From NCBI GenBank assembly GCA_963801605.1, contig CAWDFP010000008.1, forward strand, positions 10,314 through 74,313: DNA of 64,000 bases, read 5' to 3'. A program made the translations under genes and the position numbers. The notes under the pieces were generated by a model. The model searched no databases, was not told the origin of the DNA, and saw only the letters and a list, made by a program, of their open reading frames with translations. The stretch comes from an uncultured candidate division Zixibacteria bacterium (GTDB lineage Bacteria; Zixibacteria; MSB-5A5; UBA10806). The first letter of the stretch is position 1; the number at the start of each line of letters is the position of its first letter. Of this stretch, positions 31,895 through 41,082 are shown in pieces.

Positions 31895-34800
31895 ATGATT
31901 GTCGATGAAACAAATCAAAGAGATTCGCAAAATGGAAATCGAAATCAAGGCGATCAACAAAATGCTGGTACTAATGCCATGAGCCGACTCTCTCGGCGAA
32001 ATGAGCTTATTCGGAATAACTCTCCCGATGGTCTGGCCATTATAGGGCTGGATGGGACAATTGTTGACGCTAATCCTGCGCTTTGCAAATTTCTCGGATA
32101 TTCAGCGGAGGAGCTTCAAAAATTGAATATCAGGGATATTGACGCCAACGAAAAACCCGATGAGACCGGACAGCGCATAATCAATATAATAAATTCCGGG
32201 GCAGATAGATTTGAAACCAAGCTTCGGCATAAAAGCGGGCAGTTGCTTGATGTTTATATTTCAGCTGATTTTTGTCAAATTGGCGACGAGCAATTTATCA
32301 TTTCATTTTCACAAGATATTACAGCCCGTAAAAAAGCGGAGGAACGGCATCGGGAAAGCGAGGAAAAATACCGCAATTTGATCGAAATGTCTCCTCATAC
32401 CATTGCTATTTTGCAGGATGGCAAAGTTGCTTTTGCCAATAAAAAGGCCGTAGAGCTTTTTGCGGGAAGTGTTACGGCTGATGTCATTGGCAGAGACGTT
32501 TTCGACGTCGTACCCGAGAATGAGAAGGCGCGTTTGCGCGAATTCGCGGAGAGGCGCTATACCGGGGATACATCAGTCCCGGTCCGCTATAAAACAGCTT
32601 TACGCCGCGCGGATGGCGAAGTATTCCCGGTAGAGATATTTGCCGATCAAATCATCTTTCGCGGCAGGCCTGCAATTCAATTAATGGCTATCGATATTAC
32701 CGAACAGGAACAAGCCGCCGCGGCTTTGAAAGTATCGGAAAGTAAGTATCGAACTCTCGTAGAGCATACTAATGCTGTGACATACGAATTCCGACTTGGA
32801 CCCAATATGGGCTTTATCTATATCAGCCCACAAATTGAAAAGCTAATTGGCTATAACGCGGATGAATTAATATCTGATCCGTCCCTATGGACCAGCTTGC
32901 TACACCCGGGGGACAGTCAACGCGCCAGAGAAAGCGCCGAAAGGCGCCTGACAGGCGGGTCGCCGCTAAGCAATGAATACAGAGTAATCGCCAAAAACGG
33001 CAGTATTGTCTGGATTAAGAACGAGGCGATCATCGAGCGCGATGATAAGGGGCAGCCGAATATTATCCGCGGCGTTATTCTTGATATTACCAGCTTGAAA
33101 GAAACCGAAGCCACGCTGGCATCATCCGAAAAACGTTATCAGGAATTGTTTAATTCGGCTCTCGAGGGAATTGTCATTAGCGATATAAATTACGTTATAC
33201 AATTTTGCAACCCGGCTATCGCCAGCATTTTTGAGATACAAGATGTATCCGAGATTATCGGCAAAAGCACGTTAGATTTGGTAATTGACAGCCAGAAAGA
33301 AGTTCTCATCGATCAAATGAAGCTTCGTAAAAAGGGTTTGTCTACGCACTATGAGCTTCAAATAATAACCGCTTTAAAAAATTCCAAAACTCTTTTGGTT
33401 TCCTCATCTCCTTTATATGAATCCAATGGAGATTTCCGGTGTATATTGAGCGCAGTAATCGATATCACCGAAAGCAAGCGCGCCCAGGCGGCCCTGGCCG
33501 CCTCTGAAAAGCGCTATCATGAGCTTTTCAATTCCGCCCTGGAAGGAATAGCCATTTTCGATAAAAACCTGATTGTGCAGTTCTGCAATCCGGCGTATGC
33601 CAAAATTTTCGATATGAATACGCCCGAAGAGGTGGTTGGTGAAAATCCATTGAATTACATTGAGGGAAACCAGAAGACAATTGCTATCCGGCAAATTGAA
33701 ATGCGCAAAAAAGGGTTATCATCAACCTATGAATTAGAAGTTATAACGATAAAGAAAAACAGAAAAACGCTCCTGGTATCATCGGCGCCAATGCTTGATT
33801 CCGAGGGTAATTTTTCGGGCACTCTCAATACGGCAATCGATATTTCCGAACGCAAACAAACCGAGGAGGCTTTGCGTACTAGTGAAGAATTCAATCGAAC
33901 GGTAATCGAACATTCTCCGCTGGCAGTATCGGTTCGAAACCGAACAGGGAAGCTATTAAGCTGCAATCGGGCCTGGCAAAAAATATGGAATAGAACGGAC
34001 GAAGAAATAAAAGAGATGTTGACGAAAGAGATCCCCGCGCTTCAATTTACGAAAGGCGATGATTATCTAAAGGACTGGCACCCAAAGGTAAGAGCCATTT
34101 ATGAGCGCGGCGGTAATTTGCATATACCCGAGGTTAAATTGCTATACCATCATGAAGGTGGAGAACACTGGGTATCGCAGCATTTCTACGGTATCAAGGA
34201 CCAAAGCGGCGCTGTGGGAAAAGTAGTCATTCTGACTGAGGATATTTCCGAACGCAAGCAGGCCGAAAATGCGTTGCGCGAAAGCGAACGACGGTTCCAC
34301 GATCTTTTTGCACATTTTACGTCCGGGTATATGATCGGCAGGATCATTACGGATGATGCCGGCAAGCCTATCGACTACATATACCTTGAAGTCAACGAAG
34401 CATTTGAGGAAATGTCGAAGAAGAAAGCATTCGAAGTCATTGGCAAAAGAGTTACAGAGCTTTTTCCCAGCGGACACTCTGCAGGCCTCATCAAAGTATG
34501 CGGTGAAGTTGCGTTGACCGGCAAACCCATTCGAATTGAGCATGAATCATTAGTAGTTGGCCGGTTTCTTGAGGTGCTTATATATTCCACTCGCCAGGGC
34601 GAATTTGCCAGCGTCTTCACCGATATAACTGAAAAGAAAAAATCTGAAAACGCCCTTCGCGAAAGCGAGGAACGCTATAGAGCCATTTGGGAGAACTCTC
34701 CGGTTGGAATATGTATGCTGGATTACAGAGGAGTATATCAATATGTAAACAGGACCTATTGTAATATCTACGGTTATTCGTCAGAGGAGTTGATCGGAAA

Positions 34801-36397
34801 ACCTTTTTATGAGCTTATCACACCGCCGCAGCGCCGGGTGCAGGATCGGGATAATTATATGCGAGAATTCGGTAAATCCCGAACTTCGCAAGTACGGGAA
34901 GCTGAAGTATTTGTAAGAAAAAGCGGCGAATCCGTGGCTATTCAATTCACCAACGATTACATAATGCAGGACGGTCAAGCCAGGTACGAAGTAACCATGA
35001 ATATCGATATTACGCCGAAGAAACGCGCCGAGGATGCTATGCGTGAAAGCGAGGAGAAATTCAGGCTTTTGGTAGAAAATGCGGGTGAGATTATCGTAAA
35101 TGCTGATCGAAACGGACGGCTCCTCCATGTCAATAAATCAACCGCCAGATATTTTGGCAAAACACCCGAGGAAATTATAGGCAAGAATATTAAGGATTTT
35201 TTTGAACCGGATACGGCAGAACATTTCATTGAAAGTATTAATAAGGCGCTGGATACCAATAAAAATCTAAGCGTCGAACGAAAGATTTTCCTCGTTGGCG
35301 AACGCAAGTGGTTCGTTACAAACCTGCAGCCTATAATCAGAAGTGACAATGGCCCGGCCAGCGTGCTGATTATTACCAGGGATATTACCGTTCAAAAGCT
35401 TGCCGAGATACGTAACCAGGCTCGGCTGCAACTCCTGCAGAACCTACGCCAGGCTAAAAATGTCGATGAATGTTTAAAATTCGGGTGCCAGGCAATCTAC
35501 GATACCGAGCTTTTCAAACGAGCTGTTTTGACGCTGCATAATAGCGATAGGGCCATAATCAATTTGGGACAAGTTGGTCTTAGCGCTGCTGTTGTTACCA
35601 AAGCCAGAAAAGGTTCGGCTCCGGATATCGCCCTTGCAAAAAAAATCATGAAAGAGACTAATCGCATCAGCCACTCTTTCTTCGTTCCGATAGAAAGCGG
35701 AATAATGAGCAAAATTAAAAGCCGCTACGTCCCGCAAAAAGGAACTCATTTTCCGGGCCCGCAGAAGTGGCAACAGGAAGACGAGCTATTCGTGCCGGTG
35801 ATGGGTAACGACAATAATTATGAGGGCTGGCTTTCTGTCGATACTCCCTTCGACGGGAATCGTCCCACCATGCAGACTGTCTTAAACCTGGAAGAGATAG
35901 TTGATATTACGGCCAAACAGATTCATGAAATCCAAAGTCTCGAGCGTCTAAAAAAAGAGAGTCAGGCGCTGGAGAATACTAACGTGGCCCTGCACGAAGT
36001 GTTGAAACATATTCAGGAAGAAAGGATGGAAATTCGGCAGAGTATCGGCAGTAATGTTTCTCAAATTCTGATACCTGCTTTTAACAAGTTATTCAAAAAA
36101 GATGGTACAATCAATAAAACCTATTACAATATTCTTAGAGACGGACTTCCGGAGCTTGTTACGGTCTCGGGTGCAGAACTGAACATGTTTGCGAAACTAT
36201 CTCCCCGGCAACGTGAAATCTGCTATATGATAAAAAGCGATGCTACCTCGAAGGAAATAGGCGAGGCACTCAATATTTCTCTGGCTACGGTTCAAAAACA
36301 TCGGGAGTTAATCCGCAAGAAATTAGGAATAAACCACAAATCAGTCAATTTGGCTAACTATCTTAAAGGTATACAGAATAAAAGGTTAGAGCAATAA
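31895..36397 (+). CDS. Multi-PAS (9) + GAF-like + LuxR HTH one-component transcriptional regulator
   Basis: Nine PAS/PAC repeats ending in DIT/DIS linkers; C-terminal LSPRQREICYMI...SKEIGEALNISLATVQKHRELIRKKLG; no kinase or REC domain seen. Confidence 0.85.
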   Translation: MIVDETNQRDSQNGNRNQGDQQNAGTNAMSRLSRRNELIRNNSPDGLAIIGLDGTIVDANPALCKFLGYSAEELQKLNIRDIDANEKPDETGQRIINIINSGADRFETKLRHKSGQLLDVYISADFCQIGDEQFIISFSQDITARKKAEERHRESEEKYRNLIEMSPHTIAILQDGKVAFANKKAVELFAGSVTADVIGRDVFDVVPENEKARLREFAERRYTGDTSVPVRYKTALRRADGEVFPVEIFADQIIFRGRPAIQLMAIDITEQEQAAAALKVSESKYRTLVEHTNAVTYEFRLGPNMGFIYISPQIEKLIGYNADELISDPSLWTSLLHPGDSQRARESAERRLTGGSPLSNEYRVIAKNGSIVWIKNEAIIERDDKGQPNIIRGVILDITSLKETEATLASSEKRYQELFNSALEGIVISDINYVIQFCNPAIASIFEIQDVSEIIGKSTLDLVIDSQKEVLIDQMKLRKKGLSTHYELQIITALKNSKTLLVSSSPLYESNGDFRCILSAVIDITESKRAQAALAASEKRYHELFNSALEGIAIFDKNLIVQFCNPAYAKIFDMNTPEEVVGENPLNYIEGNQKTIAIRQIEMRKKGLSSTYELEVITIKKNRKTLLVSSAPMLDSEGNFSGTLNTAIDISERKQTEEALRTSEEFNRTVIEHSPLAVSVRNRTGKLLSCNRAWQKIWNRTDEEIKEMLTKEIPALQFTKGDDYLKDWHPKVRAIYERGGNLHIPEVKLLYHHEGGEHWVSQHFYGIKDQSGAVGKVVILTEDISERKQAENALRESERRFHDLFAHFTSGYMIGRIITDDAGKPIDYIYLEVNEAFEEMSKKKAFEVIGKRVTELFPSGHSAGLIKVCGEVALTGKPIRIEHESLVVGRFLEVLIYSTRQGEFASVFTDITEKKKSENALRESEERYRAIWENSPVGICMLDYRGVYQYVNRTYCNIYGYSSEELIGKPFYELITPPQRRVQDRDNYMREFGKSRTSQVREAEVFVRKSGESVAIQFTNDYIMQDGQARYEVTMNIDITPKKRAEDAMRESEEKFRLLVENAGEIIVNADRNGRLLHVNKSTARYFGKTPEEIIGKNIKDFFEPDTAEHFIESINKALDTNKNLSVERKIFLVGERKWFVTNLQPIIRSDNGPASVLIITRDITVQKLAEIRNQARLQLLQNLRQAKNVDECLKFGCQAIYDTELFKRAVLTLHNSDRAIINLGQVGLSAAVVTKARKGSAPDIALAKKIMKETNRISHSFFVPIESGIMSKIKSRYVPQKGTHFPGPQKWQQEDELFVPVMGNDNNYEGWLSVDTPFDGNRPTMQTVLNLEEIVDITAKQIHEIQSLERLKKESQALENTNVALHEVLKHIQEERMEIRQSIGSNVSQILIPAFNKLFKKDGTINKTYYNILRDGLPELVTVSGAELNMFAKLSPRQREICYMIKSDATSKEIGEALNISLATVQKHRELIRKKLGINHKSVNLANYLKGIQNKRLEQ

Positions 36398-36651
36398 ATT
36401 TTATAAATGTTAAGTTCGTAACAATAGCAATTATTAATGGGTCTATTTACAGTATAAAAAGTGATTATCTAAATTACGCATATCAGCAAATAGCCAGAAT
36501 AACACTTTTCAGAATCCCCTAATCGTCAAAGGCAACGCTCCTTCAAATTCGCATATATATTGTATTGTATTACAACCGTTTACAAGATTGGGCTCGTCGG
36601 TTCTTGATTTTAGAAATTAAATCCAGGCGAATTATTTTAGAAAAATCCCAA

Positions 36652-36724
36652 ATATGCGTAAGTTTATATACGCATATATTAAGCTTTTTAACCGGATTGA
36701 CAAAGCTGACAATTATCATATTAT
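36652..36724 (+). promoter_or_regulatory. Sigma70-type promoter with upstream palindromic operator
   Basis: ATATGCGTA-N8-TACGCATAT (36652-36677); TTGACA 36697-36702, 16-nt spacer, TATTAT 36719-36724. Confidence 0.65.
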
Positions 36725-36730
36725 GGCGAT

Positions 36731-37147
36731 GCAAATTGCGATAAACGCAGTTGCCAGAAAGCAAAATGGCAGGGATTTAGTAAAGGCCGTCAATTAGTAA
36801 TAGGTTCTTAAGCGCGGCAGGCCGTCAGGAGGGACACTTAACAGGATCGACATCGGAGTTTGCGATCTGGACAAGGCTACAATGATTATTAGTAATTTTA
36901 GAGCGATCAGTATTGGAAAATTGTTTTCTCCCGAGTATCAAGTCGCCATAAGGAAATCAGAAGGGCTGTTCTCTCCAGCCAACGAAACACGCGTGGTTGC
37001 CTCAATTAAAGGATGGAGGAGGGTCTAAGGATCTCACGGGAGCAGGGAAGCTCCATAAGGATGATTAGATTCTAAGTTTTGGCTCGTCGCTCCGACGGGT
37101 AAACCCGGTATCCCAACCGAAAAGCCGCTCTGCCAGGAGCGGCTTTT
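36731..37147 (+). ncRNA. Candidate CsrB/RsmZ-like GGA-rich small RNA
   Basis: 15 GGA on + versus 3 on - within 36773-37061, several in short hairpin loops; promoter upstream, terminator downstream; no long ORF in this interval on +. Confidence 0.5.
37120..37147. terminator. Bidirectional intrinsic terminator
   Basis: aaaagccgctc-tgccag-gagcggctttt. Confidence 0.85.
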
Positions 37148-37167
37148 AATTTATGGGAAAAGCTATT

Positions 37168-38398
37168 TTATCTGGTGGGTGGACAATCGGGACAGAAGCT
37201 AACAGGCAAGCCTCGTTGAAAACACCATTCCATGAAAGTAACATCCATACCGTTGAATACGCAGTTGCCATTGGCGTCACCGCCGGCGTAAAACGTTCCG
37301 TGAGGCGAGCAATCGCAGGAGTCAGGCGGACGGGGCCCTCCTTTGAAATAGGTTATAGCCATGGTAACGTCCATAAGATTGTAATGATCGTTGCTGTCTA
37401 GATCACCCGGTTTGTAGTCGCAATGGGTGGGATTGAAAGAATATATTTCCATCGTTTCCCAACAGGCCGCATAAACGTAATTATAATCACGCGACACTCC
37501 TTGAGCGCGTGCGGGTGTATGTGCCGACGCTACCTCGATAGGGGCCTCTGGATCGGAGATGCGCGCTACCACCAGCCCCGAATCCTCGACAGCAATATAA
37601 GCATAAGAGCCATTAACAGCGATGCTCCTGGCGTTATCCGGTGTGGCCAGGTTACCTACTATGGTCGGATTTTGGGGATCTATAACATTGACCACCTGCA
37701 TACCGGCGGGACCGTCAGCAACGAAGGCATATCCGCGGGGTAAATTACCCAGAGAAACATCGGTAGCGTTGCCGGGCGTATCGCACGTTCCCAGGATCTG
37801 AATATTATTCGGATCAGCCACGTTCAGAATCATTAGACCGGCGTTACCGGCGGCGACGTACAGATAACGGTCGAATACAAGTCCGGACGCATACCCGGGA
37901 ATCGTAAAGCCACTTATTAATGCTGGAGAACGGGGATTCGAAATATCAATTACTTTAATTCCACCCTCGCTAACGTAGGCGTAATTATCAGGCCAGACCG
38001 CGACAGAGAGCGCCTCCCACATAAAACTAACCGCGCTTAGCGATTCCGGATGCGCCTTGTCGCTGATATCGATAATATAAAGATCGCCCATATAGGGCTC
38101 CGATAATCCTGCCGCCAAAAAAGCCAGGTTTCCGGCAATCTCGATATCAAAAACGGCCGGTGAGGGGTTATAGCTGCCTGTATAGATCGGCGCCGACGGA
38201 TTAACCACATTGTAAATAAGCATCCCCAACATATAATCACCGATATAAGCAAAACTATCAGCAACTGTTACGGACGTTGCGTAAGCCAGCGAATCAACAG
38301 CTCCCATATAAATTAAACCCTGTGCTGAACCGGTAGTTGGTATCAGAAATATGAGCGTTAATAAAAGCGTGACTATGAATGTTCTTTTTACTTAGCAT
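37168..38398 (-). CDS. Secreted LVIVD-repeat beta-propeller protein with C-terminal dockerin-like domain (frameshift in signal-peptide A-run near 38387)
   Basis: Repeats YAYV/AFVA...GL.I.(D/N)VS.P..P; RBS AAGGAGG before ATG 38398; signal peptide RTFIVTLLLTLIFLIPTTGSAQ in the frame of the main ORF. Confidence 0.8.
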
Positions 38399-38622
38399 AA
38401 TCTCCTCCTTAACCGCAAAGGTAAGGATTTGGGACGAAACGCCAGACAAATGAGGTTTGAAATTACCAAACTAAATATATCATCGAAAAATAGACTGTCA
38501 ACTTCTATTTGGATCTATTTCAAAAGCGCCTATCCCCTCAAAAAGCATTTGACAACAGTTGTACCGAGACGCTACAGATAGCCTGCAAACACGGAAATCG
38601 GCCTTACTTAAAAGGAGTTTAT

Positions 38623-39072
38623 GTGACGGTTACACTGCGCGAAATTACCATGGCGAATTTTCGAGAGTGCATCGGGCTTAAATTGAAACCGGGGCAGGAA
38701 GATTTCGTGGCTCCTAATATTTATTCGCTGGCTGAGGCCAAGGTCGACGGCGTTTCGATCCCTCTGGCGGTTTACGCCGACGATACGATGGTTGGCTTCG
38801 CGATGTATTGCTATGATGATAAAAGCTGCAAGGGATATTTCGACCGCCTGATGATCGACCAGCGCTACCAGGGCAAGGGTTACGGACGGGCCGCGGCTAT
38901 ACTGGTCGTAGAGCGCTTAAAGCAAAATCCGGGCATTCGGGAGATACAGATTTCATTCGAACCGCAAAATATCGCCGCTGATACGCTTTATGGGTCGATA
39001 GGCTTTGTCAAAAACGGCCAGTTCATTCCGCCCCCGCATGTGGAAACGATAGCGATTTTGAAGATTACGTAG
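38623..39072 (+). CDS. GNAT N-acetyltransferase (BltD/spermidine acetyltransferase-like)
   Basis: RBS AAGGAG then GTG 38623; FVAPNIYSLAEA, RLMIDQRYQGKGYGR, LYGSIGF. Confidence 0.85.
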   Translation: MTVTLREITMANFRECIGLKLKPGQEDFVAPNIYSLAEAKVDGVSIPLAVYADDTMVGFAMYCYDDKSCKGYFDRLMIDQRYQGKGYGRAAAILVVERLKQNPGIREIQISFEPQNIAADTLYGSIGFVKNGQFIPPPHVETIAILKIT

Positions 39073-39132
39073 CCGCGGATCAAGTTGTTACCCCCGGATT
39101 ACGTAAACCTGAGGGATTCATTTAAATTCATC

Positions 39133-39160
39133 TTGACAAGACAATCCGATAAGATATAAT
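39133..39160 (+). promoter_or_regulatory. Consensus sigma70 promoter
   Basis: TTGACA-16nt-TATAAT. Confidence 0.7.
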
Positions 39161-39360
39161 TAAACATACTCCCTTTTATCCACGTGCCAAGGATGAAGGA
39201 AATCTGTTTTGTACAATTATCCGTTTTGCGGTTTGTATTAACAATTTTATTCATCGGAGGCAAAGCAATGGCAGGCAAAGGCAAAACCAGGCAAATTGGC
39301 CGTTCGCAGAGCAATATGTCTCTGCGATTAATTTAATATTATTTAAAAAAGGAGAATGCT

Positions 39361-39855
39361 TTGAAAAAGCATCAAATGTTTGGACTAATCTTCACATTAA
39401 TATTTCTATTTGTGGGATGCGGGGCAATGTTCCAAGGATCAAATCAGACTGTCAACATTCAATCGGCTCCTTCGGGTGCCAAACTGACTGGTTCCCCAGC
39501 TATTGGCGAGTATACGACACCTACCTCAGTAACGTTGTCACGAAAAAACAGCTACGATTTTCATTTCACAAAGGAGGGATATAAGGATGCTACTGCTCAT
39601 ATACAGGCGAGCGCTAGTTTTGGCTATATATTATTGGATGTTCTTTTCACGGGCTTAGTGGGTGTAGTTGTAGATGCGGCTACCGGTTCATGGAATAAAT
39701 TGAGCCCTGAAATAATAGTTGCTACTCTTGAAAAGCAGGAGATATCGGCGCTAGGACCAGATAAAATTGAAATCCAATTATCTGCCGTTGGTCCCGATTT
39801 ACGAATTGTATCTGATGGACCGCCTGTAGAGGTATCGATAACTCAATCAAAGTAG
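39361..39855 (+). CDS. PEGA-like domain lipoprotein
   Basis: Lipobox FVGC; IQSAPSGA, TTPTSVTL, KEGY, VDAATGSW. Confidence 0.7.
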   Translation: MKKHQMFGLIFTLIFLFVGCGAMFQGSNQTVNIQSAPSGAKLTGSPAIGEYTTPTSVTLSRKNSYDFHFTKEGYKDATAHIQASASFGYILLDVLFTGLVGVVVDAATGSWNKLSPEIIVATLEKQEISALGPDKIEIQLSAVGPDLRIVSDGPPVEVSITQSK

Positions 39856-40039
39856 GAATTCCATTTGTGTGCGTTAGGATGTTGCGTTTTTTCGCGATAT
39901 CCTGACGCCCCCCGGTCCGCCCGTCATATCCATTTTCCGCTTGACAAGCGGAGCCAGAAGGCTATAAAAAAAGCATTTACTTTGATTCTGCAACTATAGC
40001 CGACGATAAAAGGAATATTTTTTTTACTAAGGGGTAATT

Positions 40040-40885
40040 ATGATTGAAGAAGAAAATGCCAGTGGTTTTTCTGAAATTCTAGCCAAAGTTAAATCAATCT
40101 CAAGGAGATGGGCTCCAAACCCAGCAGATAAACAGGAATTATGGTTTCGGGGTCAACGTTTTAAAAGAAATGATCTTATTCCTGGATTATATTGGCAACA
40201 AGACGCCGGATTTCGCTATGATGAGGAAAACATTTTCGAAAGATTCAAAGCTACTTCCGCGCCATTTATCGATTATAAAATAAGTTCGGATTGGGATTGG
40301 TACATCTTAGCTCAACACCATGGCTTGCCTACCAGATTACTCGATTGGACTGAGAGTTTGACGACCGCGTTATTTTTTGCATTAGAATATGAATATAGAA
40401 ATTGTGATAGGCGTCAATATGATATTCAAACATCTGGGCCATTTGTAGCATCTATCTATAATAATGATTCGCCCGTGATATGGTTGTTAGATGCAGGCTC
40501 TTTGAACCAATTTTCGCGTGGATTAGACGAGGATTATATATTAACACCTGGAGGCCAGATAACTGAATCGTATCTTCCTCCCCTTGTAAACCAACCAGAC
40601 ATATTAAATAACTATCCTATAGCCATTCTTCCATCATATACAAATCATAGAATTGTTGCACAGCAAGGGCGCTTCACAATTCATGGGCGCGATAGGCAAG
40701 CATTAAACAATCTTGCGGTATCAGAGGAAGGAAAATGCATTAAACTTGCAACAATAACTATCGATACGGCTAATATTGCTTTCTTATGGGAAGAACTTGA
40801 GATAATGGGGATCAATAAATTGGCGATGTTTCCCGATTTAGATTCTGTTGCCCATGTTACTAAATGGGACGGACAATACTCTTAA
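40040..40885 (+). CDS. FRG domain protein
   Basis: WFRGQ, AQHHGLPTRLLDWT, ALFFAL, RIVAQQGRFTIH, FPDLD. Confidence 0.9.
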   Translation: MIEEENASGFSEILAKVKSISRRWAPNPADKQELWFRGQRFKRNDLIPGLYWQQDAGFRYDEENIFERFKATSAPFIDYKISSDWDWYILAQHHGLPTRLLDWTESLTTALFFALEYEYRNCDRRQYDIQTSGPFVASIYNNDSPVIWLLDAGSLNQFSRGLDEDYILTPGGQITESYLPPLVNQPDILNNYPIAILPSYTNHRIVAQQGRFTIHGRDRQALNNLAVSEEGKCIKLATITIDTANIAFLWEELEIMGINKLAMFPDLDSVAHVTKWDGQYS

Positions 40886-40980
40886 ATAATAGAAAGGCAA
40901 ATTATGACTGAGAAACACACAAAAGGTAAACCCAAAAAGCCTGTTAAGAAAAAATGATAGAAAGATAAGGGTTAAATTGC

Positions 40981-41011
40981 GCGGCAGACGCTTTCGTCTG
41001 CCGCTTATTTT
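40981..41011 (+). terminator. Hairpin/terminator after the FRG gene
   Basis: gcggcagacg-cttt-cgtctgccgc followed by ttatttt. Confidence 0.65.
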
Positions 41012-41082
41012 AATATTAATTAATCAATAAAACCGGGGCCCCCGTTACAAGCGCCCCGGCCACCTCTGGATGCCAAGCGTTC

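Noticed and set aside
36724..36740. Sigma54 promoter TGGC...TTGC
   Set aside because: 11 nt between GG and GC; sigma54 requires 10
31680..39970. Lineage-specific 16-nt promoter spacing
   Set aside because: Several promoters have 16 nt, but others (16733-16705, 22101-22073, 45807-45779) have 17; indel errors also confound it
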